Source: a virus (taxonomy: Duplodnaviria > Caudoviricetes). Taken from it: a stretch of DNA of 25,591 nucleotides. The DNA is taken from the IMG/VR virus record IMGVR_UViG_3300011334_000532, positions 1-25,591 of that record; one strand, written 5' to 3'. Positions 1 through 7,362 of this stretch are shown in pieces (position 1 is the stretch's first letter; each line of letters starts with the position of its first letter). The notes below the pieces were generated by a model. The model was given only the letters and a program-made list of their open reading frames with translations, made no database searches and was not told the DNA's origin. Both the position numbers and the translations under genes were made by a program.

Positions 1-20
1 ATGTCGTAATAGTGACACCA

Positions 21-60
21 TTGAGCGTGAATTCAACGAAATAGCCATTTTCACGCTCAA
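21..60. repeat. 11-bp perfect inverted repeat (TTGAGCGTGAA / TTCACGCTCAA) with an 18-bp spacer
   Basis: Arms at 21-31 and 50-60 are exact reverse complements; the site lies in non-coding DNA beyond the minus-strand terminator. Confidence 0.7.
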
Positions 61-159
61 AGTTGGTGTTTTGAGATGCGTTGAAACTCTTGAAAGTTCT
101 CTCTTTTGTTCTCTCGGAGGTAATTTTGAGGTAACAGATTCGATGTATTTCCGCATCGG

Positions 160-205
160 AAAACACGAAAGCGCCTCACCATTGGGGGGACCAACGGTGA
201 GGCGC
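160..205 (-). terminator. Intrinsic terminator closing the minus-strand operon
   Basis: GC-rich stem GCGCCTCACC (171-180) / GGTGAGGCGC (196-205), followed on the minus strand by TTTCGTGTTTT; about 30 bp after the dNMP kinase stop. Confidence 0.85.
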
Positions 206-233
206 CAAAGCGGAAGCCCTGAAGGGAGGGCCT

Positions 234-782
234 CTAGCCAGTCGCAGAAGCGACGTGGAATCGATGTACGAAAAGAGCTGTTTCGATCTGTGCTTGCAGA
301 TCTTCGATGGATCCTGAATTGTCTAGCCAGGCATCGAATGGCCAGTGATCCATTGCAGACTCTGAGCTGTGAGGATTGATGGCTTTGACCTCGGGCCGAT
401 TGATTCGCCAGACCTGTCCATCGAGATCTTTGATTGCTTGAGCCTCATTGGGGAATCTAACGTCAGCGAAGATGACGAGATCTCCTGGGTTGAGATCCTT
501 GGTTGCAATCTTGACCCAGATGTCTTCATGGATCATGTCACGACCGACCTCAGTGCCTAAGACTTGAAGTAGTCGCCGAATCTCAGGAAAGACAGTTTTG
601 GCGGTATCCCAGCCATGGATCTCGACAGCTTCCTGGACATTCATTGCAGATGAAATCAAGGGGTTGAGACGAAGCAGAGCTTCTCGCATTGGATCGGCGA
701 ATGCCCGGCGCTGATAATCTGGCAACAGTGAGGCGACTGTATCTTTGCCGCTTCTTGCGTATCCACTGAGACCGATGATCAA
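234..782 (-). CDS. Deoxynucleoside monophosphate kinase
   Basis: N-terminal P-loop IIGLSGYARSGKDT, AFADPMR, RRLLQVLGTEVGR, DVRFPNE and HSSE, all typical of phage dNMP kinases; ATGA overlap with the upstream gene. Confidence 0.9.
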   Translation of the reverse strand: MIIGLSGYARSGKDTVASLLPDYQRRAFADPMREALLRLNPLISSAMNVQEAVEIHGWDTAKTVFPEIRRLLQVLGTEVGRDMIHEDIWVKIATKDLNPGDLVIFADVRFPNEAQAIKDLDGQVWRINRPEVKAINPHSSESAMDHWPFDAWLDNSGSIEDLQAQIETALFVHRFHVASATG

Positions 783-1969
783 CGTGCTTCACCTGCCAGG
801 ACTGCAAGATCGCGGCGTGGGTCGTAATCATCGCCCATGATAAAGCTGACAACCCCGGTCGGTGATTCAAGACCTTGTCGCCCTCGAAACCAAGGGGATC
901 CGCCGTCCATGGCTGGGACGTGGATCCATAATCTCGGGCCAACTTGGTTGGCTTTGAAATGGTGATAGTGAGCGCTCAGGAGAACGTCTGCATCTCCGAT
1001 CGGAGTGCGACCTGTTGCTTGACCTTGCCACCATTTTGCGAGATCGCGAGCTTGATGGCCGTGAGCCATTCCTAAGACTTGACCCTGGAGATTGATTGCA
1101 AGAGTGCCGAAGTCTTTTTCTGGATAGCGGAATTCAACGTGAGCAAGTGCGTCATTTTCTGCGCAAGCATCTTGAACAGCTGCAACGATTTCAATCTGCC
1201 AGGAATCGCCAGGCTCTGAGATGACGATGCGATGAGCTTCATCATGGTTGCCAGGTATGACAGGGATGATGAGCTGCTCTGTCATTGGCGCGAAAGCTTT
1301 GACCCAAGTCATGAGAAGTCTGCGACCAAGTCGGACTTGCTGAGTAACTGTCAGATCTGATCTGCCGAGGACTTTGCCATGCTGGCTCGTTGATCCTTCA
1401 ATGCAATCTCCGAGCTGAGGCAAGATGATCGATCCGATTGGACGACCGATCTTGGTGAATTCTTTGTGGCGATTGACTGCTTCATCGAGTGCAGAGAGGA
1501 CGCGTCGAGTTGTGCCCTCGGATCCATCTCCGGCATCTTTGCCGTATTGAGTATCGCCGATCGCATAGATCGCGCTCAGGTCTCCGGTTGTAGCTTTGAT
1601 TCCTTTTGATGGGCGCCACTTCTTGATCTCGTCAATGAGCTGTTCAAGATCTGCCGTTGATTGTGTTGCAGATCCGCCAGCTGGAGCGATTGAGATCCGA
1701 GCAGATTCAAGCCAGTCGCCGTCGTACTTTTGCCAGCGTGATCGCCGGACCGAGGTGACTTTCCACTCTTCCGGGCTGAGATCGAATTCTTTGAGGAGAT
1801 CTATTGCATCGGGCAGGTTGCCAACTTCTCGAGCCTTTGGGATGAAGTAGCCGCCATCGGCGTCAACTTCTAGGCGAGGACGCCAGGCGTCAGGGGTGTT
1901 GCTGTTGCGAAGATCGGAGCCAACTTTGCCGAGATCGACAAGAGCCTGGGCGCTTTGTTTCAAGTTCAT
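779..1969 (-). CDS. Calcineurin-like metallophosphoesterase (often annotated as an exonuclease in actinophages)
   Basis: Ordered metal-binding motifs GDTQ, LGDCIE, GNHDE, AHGH, AHYHH. Confidence 0.85.
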   Translation of the reverse strand: MNLKQSAQALVDLGKVGSDLRNSNTPDAWRPRLEVDADGGYFIPKAREVGNLPDAIDLLKEFDLSPEEWKVTSVRRSRWQKYDGDWLESARISIAPAGGSATQSTADLEQLIDEIKKWRPSKGIKATTGDLSAIYAIGDTQYGKDAGDGSEGTTRRVLSALDEAVNRHKEFTKIGRPIGSIILPQLGDCIEGSTSQHGKVLGRSDLTVTQQVRLGRRLLMTWVKAFAPMTEQLIIPVIPGNHDEAHRIVISEPGDSWQIEIVAAVQDACAENDALAHVEFRYPEKDFGTLAINLQGQVLGMAHGHQARDLAKWWQGQATGRTPIGDADVLLSAHYHHFKANQVGPRLWIHVPAMDGGSPWFRGRQGLESPTGVVSFIMGDDYDPRRDLAVLAGEAR

Positions 1970-1972
1970 GGC

Positions 1973-2242
1973 TTAGCCCTTCGGGCATCGGCAGCCAGCG
2001 CCGTTGGCGCGCTTTCGATGTTTTGCGATTGTCTGGTACTTGATCTCGTAGTTGTGCTCGTTGAGAAGCTTTGCGATTGCTACTGTTGAAATTCCAGAAT
2101 GATCGACGAGGTTGATCAGTGCTTGCTTGTCTTCACCCTCCAGCTCGCTCAGGATCACAGCTATCTTGCAGGGATAACCTGAGCGGAGCGGAGGATTGGC
2201 AACGAGTGCCGAGATTGAAGACTGCAATGAACTTTTCGCCAT
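1973..2242 (-). CDS. Small putative Zn-binding/HTH protein
   Basis: C..I near the N-terminus, helix-turn-helix-like STVAIAKLL...YQTIAKHR, C-terminal CRC; abuts the phosphoesterase gene. Confidence 0.65.
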   Translation of the reverse strand: MAKSSLQSSISALVANPPLRSGYPCKIAVILSELEGEDKQALINLVDHSGISTVAIAKLLNEHNYEIKYQTIAKHRKRANGAGCRCPKG

Positions 2243-2302
2243 GTTGATAACGCCCTTTCCGTTACTGAAAAGGGTAGAGCGAATCGTCGACTTTTTTGTG
2301 TC

Positions 2303-2527
2303 CTATTCGACTGCTTCAGATGGATCGGTAAATAGTGCCTCATCTGTTTTGATGTTTTCGATACGTTGCGCATATTCACCAAGACCAAGAGATGAAAGCA
2401 CGAATGCAACAGCTGCTTCAGTTGGTACCTCCGGCATGATTGCAGAGATGATGAGAGCTACTGCCGAAGATACGAATGCAGCTACGCGAACAGGATTTTG
2501 ATGTGCGAATTGCTTGATGGCTTTCAT
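2303..2527 (-). CDS. Holin-like small membrane protein (74 aa)
   Basis: Start re-called at ATG 2527 (MKAIKQ...) after AAAGG; two hydrophobic segments and an acidic tail; directly follows the endolysin. Confidence 0.7.
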   Translation of the reverse strand: MKAIKQFAHQNPVRVAAFVSSAVALIISAIMPEVPTEAAVAFVLSSLGLGEYAQRIENIKTDEALFTDPSEAVE

Positions 2528-2546
2528 GGTTGCCTTTCGGTTGAAG

Positions 2547-3002
2547 TTACTTGCCGAGAACGTTGAGCTTGAGAATTGAGAGGGGAAACTTTGCGCCGTC
2601 GTTGTCGCCCTTTGTATTGAAGGAGACGTGAAGGTGATGGTTGTGCGCGTTTTGTCCAGTGTATTCACGCCATGACCAGGCACCCTTTTCAGATGCAATC
2701 TGTGCCTGGAAAATGATGTAGGAGATGCGTGAAGATGCGCCGAGTTGTTTTGCGTGAAGTCTGAGCTCTTCGGCTAATTGCTCAGCTAGTGCGTGGTCGC
2801 CAGTTCTGACGTCGAGGTCTGCATCGATGTCGATTGCTCTCACGATTCCACCTGCGGTCATGTCTGGATTGTGATCCGACTTTGTGGACTGGTGGGCAAG
2901 ATTGCCAATCCAGCCATCACTTGCCTTGTCACGCTTTGGCCATTTGCGATTCACTTGATTTCTCAAAGTGACTCCGGCTGCGCAGAGTTTATGTGTGGGC
3001 AT
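2547..3002 (-). CDS. Endolysin, Zn-dependent peptidase of M15/Hedgehog-like fold (151 aa, no obvious cell-wall-binding domain)
   Basis: Start re-called at ATG 3002 (MPTHKL...) with a GGAG SD; motifs SDGWIG, SDHNPD...RAIDID and HLHVSF; upstream of the holin. Confidence 0.75.
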   Translation of the reverse strand: MPTHKLCAAGVTLRNQVNRKWPKRDKASDGWIGNLAHQSTKSDHNPDMTAGGIVRAIDIDADLDVRTGDHALAEQLAEELRLHAKQLGASSRISYIIFQAQIASEKGAWSWREYTGQNAHNHHLHVSFNTKGDNDGAKFPLSILKLNVLGK

Positions 3003-3013
3003 TGAATGTCTCC

Positions 3014-3053
3014 AAAGAAAAGCCCCACCAGTCCCGGAGGACGATGGGGAGCT
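3014..3053 (-). terminator. Intrinsic terminator between the tail/membrane genes and the endolysin
   Basis: Minus strand reads AGCTCCCCATC-GTCC-TCCG-GGAC-TGGTGGGGCT-TTTCTTT: an imperfect stem-loop plus U-tract. Confidence 0.7.
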
Positions 3054-3064
3054 AAGTTGATGAT

Positions 3065-3361
3065 CTACTTCGTGACCTGATTGACGATCACTCCTGCGGT
3101 GCCACCTAGGAATGCAGCTGCGCCAGCTGCTCGCCATACTGCTTTCTCAATGACTCGGATCCGAGCTTCATGATCTGCGACTGCTTTGCTCGATTGCTCA
3201 ACTGATACAAGTGCGACGTCGAGCTTTGCATCGATCTTGGATAGTAGCTGACGGACTTCTGAGGCTTCTTCGCGAGTCTCATTGCGGAATTCCTGCATAT
3301 CGCGCCACACCTCTTTCGTTGTTATTTTGAACTCGCGAGCGTCGTCGTACTCAGAGCTCAT
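3065..3361 (-). CDS. Coiled-coil protein with a C-terminal transmembrane helix (lysis-cassette membrane protein)
   Basis: Heptad-rich body, DHEARIRVIEK followed by hydrophobic AVWRAAGAAAFLGGTAGVIV; next to the endolysin. Confidence 0.7.
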   Translation of the reverse strand: MSSEYDDAREFKITTKEVWRDMQEFRNETREEASEVRQLLSKIDAKLDVALVSVEQSSKAVADHEARIRVIEKAVWRAAGAAAFLGGTAGVIVNQVTK

Positions 3362-3480
3362 CGTTCGGTTTTCTTCATTGCTGAAATGGTTGCGTGTAAG
3401 ACTGCAATTTCTTGAGCCTGTACGCCAATGGTTTCTCGCATTGATGCCAGCACGTCTTCGATTTTGATCTCTTTATCCAT
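3358..3480 (-). CDS. 40-aa protein missing from the ORF track (MDKEIKIEDVLASMRETIGVQAQEIAVLHATISAMKKTER)
   Basis: GGAGG 6 nt before ATG 3480; fills the gap exactly; its TGA overlaps the next ATG (ATGA). Confidence 0.75.
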   Translation of the reverse strand: MDKEIKIEDVLASMRETIGVQAQEIAVLHATISAMKKTER

Positions 3481-6400
3481 TTAAAGCCTCCAGAGCTTTG
3501 ACCTTTGTTGACAATTCTTGAATGGCTTTAATCATCGGAGAGATAAATTCTTCATACGCAAGAGACAGATGAGAGTCGGGGTCTTCAAGATTGTCAATGA
3601 TGAAACCTCCGAAGTCTGGAGCGTTCAGCTCATCAAGTGTCTGCTTGACTTCTTGGGCGATAAGTCCCCAATGTCGACGAACACCTGGACGAGAGATTGT
3701 GCTCGTCTTTCCTTCTTCATCCAAAAGAATTTCACCATCTTCATCTCTTACGAATTCATTGCCACCCACGATGAACTTGTATGAGACCGGGCGCAGGGCA
3801 TCAATAAACTCAAGACCTAGGGAGGCGTCTTCAATTTCCTTTTTTGTTCTAATGTCTGAAGTGGAAATTGTCGAGGTCGCTGCCCAAAGTCTTGTCCAAC
3901 GAAAAGCTGATCCACCCAGTTGTCGATCGTTATCGTTGTACGGATAACAGTTTGAGATCCATCCTGCCGTTGTAGTTGATACGAATCCAACAGCATTGAG
4001 CGAGACTCCCTGGCTTGAGTAAGGATTTACTCTGAGGAATGCAAAGTCAGAAGATCCTCCAACTTGTACAAAGTAACTCGAACTCGTTAGAGACAGCGAA
4101 GATGCCGTGATGGTACCGGCAGAAATTTTGTCGGCCGAAAGTGAGCCAGTTGTAATCTTTCCGCCGTCGATAGTTGTGGAAAATGAGTTGATGTCTGCGG
4201 CAGCGCTGCCAGGTGAGAGCTTTGAATTCGCTGTTGTCTGCGCGTTAGTGGCGGCAGTGTTTGCAGCCGTTGCAGTTGTTGAAGCATTGCTCGCGGTTGT
4301 GGAAGCGTTGTTCGCGGTCGTCTGAGCTGTTGAAGCGGCTGAGTTGGCCGCATCAACTGCGGCTTGTGTTGCGTATCCGCCGATCGAAACTGCACCAGTT
4401 GATGCGTTCAAGAAGAAGGTTGCGTTGCCACTGGAGTTGTAGGCACCAAGTCCAGAGCTATCCATCTGCACTCGAGCCGGACCGGCAGAGGTTCGAATTG
4501 TCGATCCTGTTATGGTCTTGCCGTCAATCGCTGTGCCGCTAATCTTCGCAGCTGTAATGGCTCCGGCTTCGATTTTGTCGGCAGTGATTGCGTTAGCCGC
4601 AATCTTTCCAGCATCAATGGCCAGCGCCTGGATTAGTCCACCTGTGATGGTGTTTCCGATGATTGCATCTGAAGCGGTGATCGTCCCAGATGCAATCTTT
4701 GCTCCGCTGATTACTTTACCGATGACGTCGGTTTCGACCAAGGCGGTCCCTTTGGATGTTACCTGTGCTGATGCCGTTGATGCGACTCCGCTCGTCGAGT
4801 ATCCGACGAGTTTGAAGTAGTAATCAACTCCATAAGGAAGAGATGTCAATACAAAAGTGTCTGCGCCGTTTAAGCGTCCCACGATTGTCGAGGCGACTGG
4901 AGTGAAGTTGTTGGTCGTCGATGCGTGGACGTTCACGTATGAAAAATTCGCAGGCATTGATCCGCCGAGATTGCTCAGACCATCCCAAGTGATTGAGACA
5001 GTTCCCAACCGCGAGGAAACTGTTGGGGTGCTCGGCGTTGTGCTGAAAGTTGTTTGAGTCGGTGTGGTCAGATTGAAAATGCCTGAGTCGACAGATTTGT
5101 TGTTAAATGCATCAACAGCGGTAACTTTGAACTGAAAACTTTTGAGAGGCTCAAGTCCGCTCAACGTCGCCGATGGATTAGATACGACTCCAGCAAATTC
5201 CCATTCATCATCTGAAGATCTACGAAGACTGACTTCGTATCCTCCAAGATCGATTAGGGGAGAGCCATCTTCGTTCAATGTTGGTGCAGTCCAGGTCAAT
5301 AGGACTCGAGCTCTTGGGTTTGATCCTTCAAGATATGAGCTCGATGTGCCAGCAAGTGCAGTCGGCGCAGCTGGAGCAATACTATCTGGAGTCATTTCGA
5401 CGACAGGAGTCGAGGTTGGCTGGGATCCGTTGCCGATGTTGACTGATCCTGATGTGATTGCAGCAAGGCGTCGGGTCTGACGAATTTCATTTTCGTAAAT
5501 ACGATCGCCCAAGGTTGCGGTTGCGGTGAGATTTCCGCCGCTCATCGTGATTGTTACCTGGCGAACTCGGACTTTTTCGAGACCTGATCTAGTGGAGGTG
5601 AAGACATAATCGCCAACCGTAAAATCTTTGAGAGGTTGAGGAGCTCCATCTTGCATGGTCAACCCAACTGTCAGCTGACGCTTAGGGGTTGCAACGTTGC
5701 TCAAGTAGTTGTCTGAGAGCTCGTTGATGACAACTGGATCATTAATTCCAGAGGCTGTGAAGCTAGTTTCGAGGCGACCAAAAGTGGCAAGAGTTGAGCT
5801 GTTGCTACGTTCGAGAATTTGACCTTCATCAGCTTCGACAAGTGCGACAGCTGCAAGCTTGTCGACGTTGATCTCTTCTGGAGCTTGGGTGAGGTTGAAG
5901 CCATCGCGCAAAATGATTGGATTGGCCGTGATTGTTAGATCAGAGCCGATGCCATCTGGGCGCGTAGCTTTGAGAGATCTTGCGTTCATCTGGACTTCGA
6001 CAAGACCGAGCTCTGCAAGCTGTCTGATCACTGCAAGAATTGACTGACGAGCTTGGTACTCGGCGTCTGTTGTGTCTGCCCACGTCATCGAATTCGAATC
6101 GGTGGCATTGGTAAAGGTGTAACCGATTCCAGACAAGGCTCCGCGATTCTTTGCATCATCGATCAGAGTTTTGAGAATCGTGCCAGCTGTTGCCGTTTCA
6201 AAGGTGCGCTTTACTTCACCGGATAAGACTCCGCCATCTGGATAAGCCAGAGCTGTATCAAAGCGCCACAAGAGCGAGCGAGCGCTGACCGTGATCGTGC
6301 CAGTTGAGGCAAGGCGATCGCGGTTGATGTTGCTGATGACATAACGTGCATTTGAAAACTCTGTGCCTGTTTCGTTGGTGATTGCGATTTCGCGCATGAC

Positions 6401-6553
6401 GGCGATTTCAGAGGCATTGACTCCGTTGACTGGATATTCGAATTGCAAAGCTCCAAGATCTGAGAATTCAACCGAGATTTGAAATCCAATCGGCTCAGCA
6501 AGGAGTCCAAGATCTGTCGTGCCATCTCGATCATAGAGGCGAAGTGAAATCAC
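3473..6553 (-). CDS. Tail tip/central fibre protein: hub-like N-terminus, FN3 domains, trimeric stalk and C-terminal S74 intramolecular chaperone
   Basis: Follows Dit; FN3 pattern (LTWTAP...YEV...LSGL...FQFKVTAVD); ITADKI repeats; Ala/Thr heptads; TSDIRTKKEI...LRPVSY...GLIAQEV...IKAIQEL. Confidence 0.9.
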   Translation of the reverse strand: MISLRLYDRDGTTDLGLLAEPIGFQISVEFSDLGALQFEYPVNGVNASEIAVMREIAITNETGTEFSNARYVISNINRDRLASTGTITVSARSLLWRFDTALAYPDGGVLSGEVKRTFETATAGTILKTLIDDAKNRGALSGIGYTFTNATDSNSMTWADTTDAEYQARQSILAVIRQLAELGLVEVQMNARSLKATRPDGIGSDLTITANPIILRDGFNLTQAPEEINVDKLAAVALVEADEGQILERSNSSTLATFGRLETSFTASGINDPVVINELSDNYLSNVATPKRQLTVGLTMQDGAPQPLKDFTVGDYVFTSTRSGLEKVRVRQVTITMSGGNLTATATLGDRIYENEIRQTRRLAAITSGSVNIGNGSQPTSTPVVEMTPDSIAPAAPTALAGTSSSYLEGSNPRARVLLTWTAPTLNEDGSPLIDLGGYEVSLRRSSDDEWEFAGVVSNPSATLSGLEPLKSFQFKVTAVDAFNNKSVDSGIFNLTTPTQTTFSTTPSTPTVSSRLGTVSITWDGLSNLGGSMPANFSYVNVHASTTNNFTPVASTIVGRLNGADTFVLTSLPYGVDYYFKLVGYSTSGVASTASAQVTSKGTALVETDVIGKVISGAKIASGTITASDAIIGNTITGGLIQALAIDAGKIAANAITADKIEAGAITAAKISGTAIDGKTITGSTIRTSAGPARVQMDSSGLGAYNSSGNATFFLNASTGAVSIGGYATQAAVDAANSAASTAQTTANNASTTASNASTTATAANTAATNAQTTANSKLSPGSAAADINSFSTTIDGGKITTGSLSADKISAGTITASSLSLTSSSYFVQVGGSSDFAFLRVNPYSSQGVSLNAVGFVSTTTAGWISNCYPYNDNDRQLGGSAFRWTRLWAATSTISTSDIRTKKEIEDASLGLEFIDALRPVSYKFIVGGNEFVRDEDGEILLDEEGKTSTISRPGVRRHWGLIAQEVKQTLDELNAPDFGGFIIDNLEDPDSHLSLAYEEFISPMIKAIQELSTKVKALEALNG

Positions 6554-7359
6554 GCGACGAACCTCCGAGCAGCTGCAATCGAGATCGAAGCGCCAGATGA
6601 AAGCGTGATGCTAGGGATCAGAGATGGACCTGGAGTCAAAGAGAAGAAGCGTGGCCCAGGGTTAAAAGTTGTTGAAGCGATGACGCTAGAGGCTCCCACT
6701 TTTGAGCTGAATGTTGCGCAATCGATCACCCAGGATGATCCGGATGAAACAGTGCCGGTGTATTGGATCCATGCGCCAGAGACTGAATCTGTGACTCTTG
6801 GGTTTGTGGCAGGACCTGCAACGGTGATCACTGCATCTGAAATCGGTGCAGTGATACCCGCAAAGGCTGAGAGTGCGCCTGTCCCATTTGAAGTCGTGAT
6901 TGATGTCGACTTCCAAAGTGGGTCAGGAAATACGAGCTCGACGGTAAAGGTTGCGACAGTGTCGCCATCTAGGTAGTCGGGTTGGATGATTGTGCCAACT
7001 TCCGCAAAATTGCGACGAACTGTGCCGTCTTCAATTTCCTTGTCGATAGTAAGAAGACCAGATCGCTTGCTGAAAGTTGCAAGCAGGGAGTCGATGTTAG
7101 CTCTGAAAGTTATCCCAGCCGTTGACCCTGCCGGGATAGCTCCATCGGCATTGGTGCCCTGTACGAAAAGATCCAGGACGATTCGGCCAGTGCCATAGTC
7201 TTTGGCTTGCCAGATCTCGCCATCCTTTCCGGGGACTCGCAGATTGCTTCCTTGAAGTCCGGGAGTTGATTCCCATCCTGTGCGCGATGTGATTGCGTAG
7301 GCAAAAGAATCTAAGCGGATTCCGTCGATGATTACTGTGCGAGGAGTCAGTGCTGTCAT
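6550..7359 (-). CDS. Distal tail protein (Dit)/minor tail protein
   Basis: Immediately after the tape measure; PGKDGE, FTVELVFPDPLW and ITVAGPATNP patterns. Confidence 0.8.
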   Translation of the reverse strand: MTALTPRTVIIDGIRLDSFAYAITSRTGWESTPGLQGSNLRVPGKDGEIWQAKDYGTGRIVLDLFVQGTNADGAIPAGSTAGITFRANIDSLLATFSKRSGLLTIDKEIEDGTVRRNFAEVGTIIQPDYLDGDTVATFTVELVFPDPLWKSTSITTSNGTGALSAFAGITAPISDAVITVAGPATNPRVTDSVSGAWIQYTGTVSSGSSWVIDCATFSSKVGASSVIASTTFNPGPRFFSLTPGPSLIPSITLSSGASISIAAARRFVA

Positions 7360-7362
7360 CGT

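Noticed and set aside
71-379. 102-aa plus-strand ORF
   Set aside because: Runs through a terminator hairpin and antisense into the dNMP kinase; no SD or motif
2528-3137. Long N-terminal extensions of the holin (to 2698) and endolysin (to 3137) ORFs
   Set aside because: They overlap neighbouring genes and a terminator; internal ATGs with SDs fit better
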